A stretch of 64,000 bases of DNA, taken from the NCBI GenBank assembly GCA_016840035.1, contig JAEOTC010000068.1, positions 1 to 64,000 on the forward strand. The letters are read 5' to 3'. This stretch comes from Candidatus Hodarchaeota archaeon (GTDB lineage: Archaea; Asgardarchaeota; Heimdallarchaeia; Hodarchaeales; Hodarchaeaceae). The notes beneath the pieces were generated by a model. The model made no database searches. It was not told the DNA's origin and worked only from the letters and a program-made list of their open reading frames with translations. A program made the position numbers and the translations under genes. Within the stretch, counting starts at the first letter, position 1, and every line of letters begins with the position of its first letter. This document shows, one piece after another, positions 57,963 to 64,000 of this stretch.

Positions 57963-58148
57963 TCAATATGAATCTCGAGATTGGGCAATAAATGCGTTTC
58001 CACGAAGACTCCAAAGCTCATCTTTCAGCATGTCACGGATAGCAAATCTTATGGCTTCACTTCGATTTGGATATCTACCCGTCCTTACTAGCTCATCAAG
58101 GCCACTAACCTGATCGTTTGGTAGATGCACTGTGATTAATTTCATCAT
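57963..58148 (-). CDS. Ribbon-helix-helix transcription regulator (CopG/CdrS-like)
   Basis: LITVHLP...LDELV..GRYPNRSEAIR.AIRD. Confidence 0.88.
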   Translation of the reverse strand: MMKLITVHLPNDQVSGLDELVRTGRYPNRSEAIRFAIRDMLKDELWSLRGNAFIAQSRDSY

Positions 58149-58210
58149 TATTCATTCAACCTCTTTCAATGTTATACACTTAATCAGGTCTTTTCGCTTT
58201 AAAAGAGACA

Positions 58211-58281
58211 TAATTCTGGGGTAATATCCCCGTCATTCGCAGGTAGTACAGCGAGCTGGTACACGATTTTGTCCAGAATTA
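58211..58281. promoter_or_regulatory. Inverted-repeat/multi-stem element upstream of the RHH gene
   Basis: Perfect 9-bp inverted repeat TAATTCTGG/CCAGAATTA enclosing GGGG-TAATAT-CCCC and GTACAGCGAGCTGGTAC hairpins. Confidence 0.35.
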
Positions 58282-58748
58282 TTGGGATTCAAAGATTAAT
58301 CTCATTCGATTCCTGTTATGAATCAAATTTGATCGAATTACCCTTATTTCCACATGAAAGACTACGTTTAAGAATAAATCTATTTTAGATAAATCGAATG
58401 TCGAAGTAATCTATTTATTATACTTCTGTTGCTGTTTAATTTGTTTTAAAAGGATTTGAATCAATCTTTCACTTAATCATAAATTGCTTTAGTTCTACAA
58501 CCGTATCGACTCATTAGTACTTTCCCGAATGCTTTTATGAGAGGTGCACCAATTCCTAGTACATCGTTAATCGTGAAGAATCTGAAGGGATATCGAATAA
58601 TTTTCATGTTTTTAAATTAAAAACTCAATTCCTCTAGTGGTGATGAAATACAGCTTCTTATGGAAAGTTCACTGGTTCATTTACTCCTAGAATAATTATT
58701 CGTGCCCCAGATTTTAATTTGACTTAGTTGTTTACAATGTGATATTCT

Positions 58749-61700
58749 ATGACTCTAGTTTCTAACGTCCAAAAAGATGAAATAGATAGAAAAGCACCGT
58801 TCCTAACCCCTAACGCCATGACTGTCTTAGAAAAACGATATTTGCTTCAAAATGATAGAGGGGAAATCATAGAAACTCCCATACAGCTATTTTCACGTGT
58901 AGCAAAATCAATTGCCGCTAATGAGTCACGATATGGGCTTGATTCCTCTGAAATAGAGAAAAAGTTCTATGATATGATGGTTAACTTTGAATTTTTACCT
59001 AATAGTCCTACACTAATGAATGCAGGGACAAAAATTAATCAATTATCTGCATGTTTTGTATTGCCTGTAGAAGATGATATGACATCTATTTTTCAAGCAA
59101 TAAAAAATGCTGCAGTAATTCATAAGTCAGGCGGAGGTTGTGTTGCAAAGGGAACACGAGTTTTCACTTCATTTTGTGGTGTCGAAAAAATCGATACAAT
59201 TTACAATCATTTTTCAAAAAAAATTGACCCAATTTTTGAGGAGAATGCTGAGATAATTGATATATCAAATAAACAAGTGACAACTTTATCATTTGATCCA
59301 CAAAGCGGTGAGATCATTTCAAAACCCATTTCAAAACTATGGAAATATAGAATCGATGCTAAATCAACTGTTAAGATAACTACAGAAGGGAAAAATTACA
59401 TTTCAACTAGCAATTGGCATCCCTTTTTTGTCTGGAATGGAAGAGAGATTAGTGAAAAAAGAGCTGATGAGTTAAAAATAGGAGAATATTTGATAACCCC
59501 TAATAAAAGTGGGATCAAGAATTGGCCCTATAAAGCTTATCAAGTAATAAATGGGATCAAGTTAGATGAGAAATTTGCTTATCTAATCGGATTGTTTCAG
59601 ACAGATGGATCGTTAAATCGTTTTAAGAATACCGTGACAGGGTGGGAGGGGCTTCGTCTTCGTTTTTTCTCTACTGATAATAAACTGCTTGAAGAATATA
59701 ATACAATTCTAGAACAGATTACTGGTAATAAATACTCTATTCAGACTGATAAGAGAACTCTGCAGGGAAGTCGTATCCCTTTAAAATCTATAACTTGTTA
59801 TGATTCAAAATTAAATGGAGCGATTGAAATAGCTAATAGAGGATTGGTTGGGAGTAAATCAAAGAGAGTACGCATACCAGAGCAAATTTTTAAATCACCC
59901 ATTACCGTAATTTATGCATATATTGCAGCTGTTTTAGATGGGGATGGTCATGTCACCAAAAAAGAGAAAAAGATCCAATTTTCAACTGGTAGTAAAGAAT
60001 TTAGTGAAGATCTAAGATCATTACTATCAGCGTTGGGAATTAAATCAAGATTTCGTGAGAGATTGGAGACAAGAATTAAACGACAGAGCCTTACTTATGA
60101 AATAACTATTAGCGGGATAGGGAATTTTCATTCGATATCTGAGAAAATACTCAAATATCTTATTGTAGATGAAAAAAGAGAACGGATTGAATCGTATCTG
60201 AAGAGACAGCATTCTTCCGAATCATGCCCGATCTCTTTTGTGATAATTGAACCATTTCTTAATAAAGCGGGGATTGAAACAGTTAATACAGAAATTTGGA
60301 GAAAATCTATTCAAATAGGGAAGAATAAATTCTTTTTAGGACGATGGAAAGAAAAGAATAGGATTAATGTAGTGAAAGTTGTAGAGTTAATAAAGGAACT
60401 TCTCATCGGATATAAAGATTCATTCAATGAAACGGAAATTAAATTTTTATACAAATTAACCAGAATACTTCCCTCACTTACCTCTATTATTGATATTTCT
60501 TCTGGAGAGGAGGTAGAATTCTACGATTTTACAGTTAAAGATACAAATAATTACCTCGCAGGAAATGGATTATTCTACATTGTTCATAATACAGGATTCG
60601 CTTTTTCTCGACTCAGACCTACTAATGACAAAGTTCAAACAACTGGAGGAGTGGCATCTGGGCCAATTTCTTTTATGACCGTTTTTAACTCTGCAACTGA
60701 AATAATTAAGCAAGGAGGAAGAAGGCGTGGAGCAAACATGGGTGTATTGCGAGTCGATCATCCTGATATACTTGAGTTCATTGAATGTAAACAGGATCTA
60801 GAGACTTTAAATAATTTTAATATTTCAGTAGGATTAACGGAAGACTTTATGCAAGCTGTTTTATCAAATTCCGATTACCCTCTCATAAATCCTAGAAATA
60901 ACGAGACTACTGGTAAATTAAATGCCCGAACTGTCTTTGACAGAATCGTCCAAATGGCACATAATTCTGGTGAACCAGGAATATTATTTTTAGATCGAAT
61001 CAATGCCGCAAATCCTACTCCTAAAATCAGTAAAATCGAAGCAACCAATCCTTGCCTTACTGGCAACACGTTAATAGCTACAGCCGATGGAAGGACTTCA
61101 GTTCCCATAAAAATTCTTGCTGAAGAATCAAAAGACGTTCCTGTATTTACTGAAGATAATCAGGGGAAAATTGCCATTAGATATATGAGAAGACCGAGAT
61201 TAACAAGAAAAAATGTACCTGTGTACAAAATAACACTAGATTCAGGAGAGAATATTAAAACCACTGCTAACCATCGGTTTTATTTGAGAGATGGCACTCA
61301 GAAGAGAACGGATGAATTAAATCCCGGAGATAGTTTGCATGTTTTGACTAAAGTGTATCAGTACCAAAGAGGTAAATATTCTGTTAATCCTCATAAGAAA
61401 TATGTACGAATGTACAACCGAGGGCATTCAGATAAATCAGAACATACAGTTCTAGCCAAATTTTTCCATAATAATGATATAGAAATACCTGAAGGTTATG
61501 TTGTTCATCATATTGATTTTAATTCTGAAAATAATCATCCTTCAAATCTAGAAATCATGACTTCAGAGGAACATAATTCATTACACAACTTATCTAAAAA
61601 AGGAAATAGAAATCCAATTTTTAAAATAAAATCAGATCCAGATAAATGGGAAGAATACAAGGCAAAAAATCCGTTTTATCACCCTACTGGAGAGAACAAT

Positions 61701-63911
61701 CCAAGATACGGTGTGAAAGTAACAGAAGAAACAAAGAAGAGAATCGGAAAATCACGGAAGAAGTCATACGAAGATAATCCAGTACAAATCCAAGTTCTTT
61801 CCGAAATCGCACGAAAGAATTGGAATGATCCTGATTATGTTGATAAAACGCAAAAAGGTTTTCTACGAAAAGCACAAGTAAAATTGAAAGAATGTCAGCA
61901 ACAAACAGATCTGAAATGCTCTTTAAATGGAAACAGCGTTATGGTTGAGAAGACCTGTGAGTATTGTGGGAAAAACTTTCATATTAGCTTCAGTAAGAGA
62001 GAGATTAGTTCGTGTAGAAAAGAGTGTTTTATGGATTTCTTCAATGAGAATGAGGAAATGATTCAGAAACGGACACGAGGAGTAAGACGTACCTACCAGA
62101 TACAATCTAAGGAAAAACGTGAAAACCAGCTACAGTGTTTTATTGATTTAAAGAGAAAATTAAACCGTGATCCCTTGAAAAAGGAATGGGAGAACCAATG
62201 CAAAAAATCTTCAATACCCTATAGATTAGGAACAGAATTCGGCTTTAAAACTTATACTGAACTCAAAAATTCAGCCCTCATGTACAATCATACAGTTCTC
62301 GCTGTAGAATTATGTGGGGATGAGGATGTATACAATGGGACAGTTGATGATTTTCATAATTTTTTCATAGGTGGGTTTAAAGAAGAAAAAACAGGAAAAG
62401 AAAGAATAAAATTCGTCAAAACTCAGAACTGCGGTGAGCAACCCTTATTACCATATGAATCGTGCAATTTGGGCTCAATAAACCTTGGAAAGATGGTTAA
62501 AACTGATTCCACTCAGACTTATGGATATAGCATAGATTTTGAGAGGTTAGAACAGATTACTCGACTTTCAGTGAAATTTTTAGACAATGTGATTGATCTT
62601 TCCACTTTTCCACTACCAGAAATAGAAGAAATGACAAAATCTAACCGTAAAATTGGACTTGGAGTGATGGGTTTCGCAGATCTACTAATCAAATTAGGAA
62701 TCTCCTATGATTCACTGGAGGGTCTCGGAATCGCGAAAAAAGTGATGAAATTTATTCATCAAACTGCACTTCAAGCATCACAAGATTTGGCAAAAGAAAG
62801 AGGTTCATTTCCAAATTTTCCAGAAAGTACGTTGGCCGATCACTACACGATGATGAGGAATGCAACATTAACTACTTTAGCGCCTACAGGGACTATTTCA
62901 ATTATTGCGGGATGTTCCAGTGGAATAGAACCTTTATTCATGTTAACCTATGAAAGACGAGTTCTTGATGATGATATTCTGGTTGAAGGATATCCATTTT
63001 TTGTGGAGAAAGCAAAACGATTGGGCTTTTACTCACAGGACCTGATGAAACAGGTGGCATTGACTGGTTCAATCTCAGAAATTGAAGAAATACCCGAGGA
63101 TATCAAAAAAGTCTTCGTCACGGCACATGATATAACGCCCGAGGCCCATGTGAGAATGCAGGCTGTTTTTCAAGGATCTGGTGTAGATAATGCTGTCTCG
63201 AAGACAATTAATTTTCCTCACGAGGCCTCTTTAGAAGATATACAACAAGCCTACCTCCTTGCATATGAATTGGGGTGTAAGGGCATAACCGTTTATCGTT
63301 CAGGTTCCCGCGCTTATGATGTACTGTCAAAGAAAGGAACGAATGAAGAATCCAGTGTTGTTGCTGAACCAATTAAAATTAAAAAACCGCGACAAAGACC
63401 CAATGTCACTCAAGGAATTACTGAACGAATAAGAGTTGGTTGTGGGACAAATTTATTTATTACAATCAACGAAGATGAAGAAGGTCTAACAGAACTGTTT
63501 TTATCCTTGGGTAAATCAGGAGGATGTGTAGCTTCTCATATTGAGGCGATGGGAAGGCTCATTTCATTGACACTACGTAGTAGAATTGATCCTGAAGAAA
63601 TTATTTTACAATTAAAAGCGATCAGATGTCCTTCACCGACTTTCGGACCAGAAGGACCAGTCCTTTCATGTGCTGATGCAGTTGCTAAATCCGTCGAAAG
63701 GTTTATCGAACAATATAGTCAAAATGGGAACGAAAAAAATTCTGTCAATGAGGGACAAAAAGATGTTAAAGAGTATGGTGACCCAGAAACGCTTTATTTA
63801 ACTCATACAACATCAGGATTACGACCAGAATGTCCAGAGTGTGGTAATATTGTGGAACATAGTGAAGGGTGCATTCTTTGTCGGGTTTGTGGATATTCCA
63901 AGTGTGGATAA
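58749..63911 (+). CDS. nrdJ: Adenosylcobalamin-dependent (class II) ribonucleotide reductase with two inteins and C-terminal TSCPD/Zn-ribbon
   Basis: PNSPTLMNAG, LSACF, QGGRRRGANM, TNP|CGEQPL..ESCNLGS, APTGTIS; about 777 aa after splicing. Confidence 0.95.
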   Translation: MTLVSNVQKDEIDRKAPFLTPNAMTVLEKRYLLQNDRGEIIETPIQLFSRVAKSIAANESRYGLDSSEIEKKFYDMMVNFEFLPNSPTLMNAGTKINQLSACFVLPVEDDMTSIFQAIKNAAVIHKSGGGCVAKGTRVFTSFCGVEKIDTIYNHFSKKIDPIFEENAEIIDISNKQVTTLSFDPQSGEIISKPISKLWKYRIDAKSTVKITTEGKNYISTSNWHPFFVWNGREISEKRADELKIGEYLITPNKSGIKNWPYKAYQVINGIKLDEKFAYLIGLFQTDGSLNRFKNTVTGWEGLRLRFFSTDNKLLEEYNTILEQITGNKYSIQTDKRTLQGSRIPLKSITCYDSKLNGAIEIANRGLVGSKSKRVRIPEQIFKSPITVIYAYIAAVLDGDGHVTKKEKKIQFSTGSKEFSEDLRSLLSALGIKSRFRERLETRIKRQSLTYEITISGIGNFHSISEKILKYLIVDEKRERIESYLKRQHSSESCPISFVIIEPFLNKAGIETVNTEIWRKSIQIGKNKFFLGRWKEKNRINVVKVVELIKELLIGYKDSFNETEIKFLYKLTRILPSLTSIIDISSGEEVEFYDFTVKDTNNYLAGNGLFYIVHNTGFAFSRLRPTNDKVQTTGGVASGPISFMTVFNSATEIIKQGGRRRGANMGVLRVDHPDILEFIECKQDLETLNNFNISVGLTEDFMQAVLSNSDYPLINPRNNETTGKLNARTVFDRIVQMAHNSGEPGILFLDRINAANPTPKISKIEATNPCLTGNTLIATADGRTSVPIKILAEESKDVPVFTEDNQGKIAIRYMRRPRLTRKNVPVYKITLDSGENIKTTANHRFYLRDGTQKRTDELNPGDSLHVLTKVYQYQRGKYSVNPHKKYVRMYNRGHSDKSEHTVLAKFFHNNDIEIPEGYVVHHIDFNSENNHPSNLEIMTSEEHNSLHNLSKKGNRNPIFKIKSDPDKWEEYKAKNPFYHPTGENNPRYGVKVTEETKKRIGKSRKKSYEDNPVQIQVLSEIARKNWNDPDYVDKTQKGFLRKAQVKLKECQQQTDLKCSLNGNSVMVEKTCEYCGKNFHISFSKREISSCRKECFMDFFNENEEMIQKRTRGVRRTYQIQSKEKRENQLQCFIDLKRKLNRDPLKKEWENQCKKSSIPYRLGTEFGFKTYTELKNSALMYNHTVLAVELCGDEDVYNGTVDDFHNFFIGGFKEEKTGKERIKFVKTQNCGEQPLLPYESCNLGSINLGKMVKTDSTQTYGYSIDFERLEQITRLSVKFLDNVIDLSTFPLPEIEEMTKSNRKIGLGVMGFADLLIKLGISYDSLEGLGIAKKVMKFIHQTALQASQDLAKERGSFPNFPESTLADHYTMMRNATLTTLAPTGTISIIAGCSSGIEPLFMLTYERRVLDDDILVEGYPFFVEKAKRLGFYSQDLMKQVALTGSISEIEEIPEDIKKVFVTAHDITPEAHVRMQAVFQGSGVDNAVSKTINFPHEASLEDIQQAYLLAYELGCKGITVYRSGSRAYDVLSKKGTNEESSVVAEPIKIKKPRQRPNVTQGITERIRVGCGTNLFITINEDEEGLTELFLSLGKSGGCVASHIEAMGRLISLTLRSRIDPEEIILQLKAIRCPSPTFGPEGPVLSCADAVAKSVERFIEQYSQNGNEKNSVNEGQKDVKEYGDPETLYLTHTTSGLRPECPECGNIVEHSEGCILCRVCGYSKCG
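59139..60590 (+). mobile_element. Intein 1 (484 aa) with LAGLIDADG homing endonuclease
   Basis: SGGG|CVAKGT ... IVHN|TG; HPF block B; LIGLFQTDG and IAAVLDGDG. Confidence 0.92.
61053..62429 (+). mobile_element. Intein 2 (459 aa) with HNH endonuclease, inserted at the catalytic Cys
   Basis: TNP|CLTGNT ... TANH ... VVHHIDFNSENNHPSNL ... VYNGTV..HNF ... TQN|CGEQ. Confidence 0.9.
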
Positions 63912-64000
63912 GTTGTTAAAACTCAGGATCCTCTAATGTAATGTCATAAAGGCTTTTATCGTCAAATTGCATGCTTTTTCTTCTGGTGATGCTTTATTTT

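Noticed and set aside
282-62105. Numerous 60-190 aa ORFs antisense to or nested in longer genes (e.g. 1889-2461, 10992-11429, 13454-13885, 18318-18740)
   Set aside because: Shadow frames of well-supported genes; no motifs
1-64000. CRISPR arrays, tRNA/rRNA genes, IS elements, prophage
   Set aside because: No regularly spaced repeats, cloverleaf/T-loop signatures, long GC-rich RNA tracts, or transposase/integrase ORFs seen by eye

Overview
AT-rich (roughly one-third GC), gene-dense archaeal chromosome segment. Archaeal information and lipid genes (elp3, trm56, dph6, tfb, argS, egsA, geranylgeranyl reductase, ASH-Ski2 helicase) occur together with many eukaryotic-signature-type genes (two Rab-like GTPases, an MglA-like GTPase, gelsolin-domain, longin and roadblock proteins). 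This points to an Asgard archaeon, most plausibly Heimdallarchaeia/Hodarchaeales (inference). About 50 CDS; no rRNA, tRNA, CRISPR or transposase was recognised. The only mobile elements are two homing-endonuclease inteins in a class II ribonucleotide reductase. The most interesting region is about 7.1-20.6 kb. It holds a minus-strand run: gelsolin-X protein, Rab-like GTPase, MglA-like GTPase, TsaC, longin/DENN-like protein, a putative structured RNA and a type IV pilin. It also holds a divergently transcribed alpha-solenoid that aligns by eye with eukaryotic Get4/TRC35, a second Rab-like GTPase, and a Pro-rich protein paired with a cryptic gelsolin-X paralog. Together these suggest an undescribed GTPase/actin-regulator/membrane-targeting module. 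Other highlights are a 1005-aa pilin-adhesin, an RHH-fused nucleotidyltransferase with degenerate catalytic motifs, a Zn-finger BshC-like ligase and tandem Zn-ribbon coiled-coil paralogs. All family calls were made by motif recognition without database searches.
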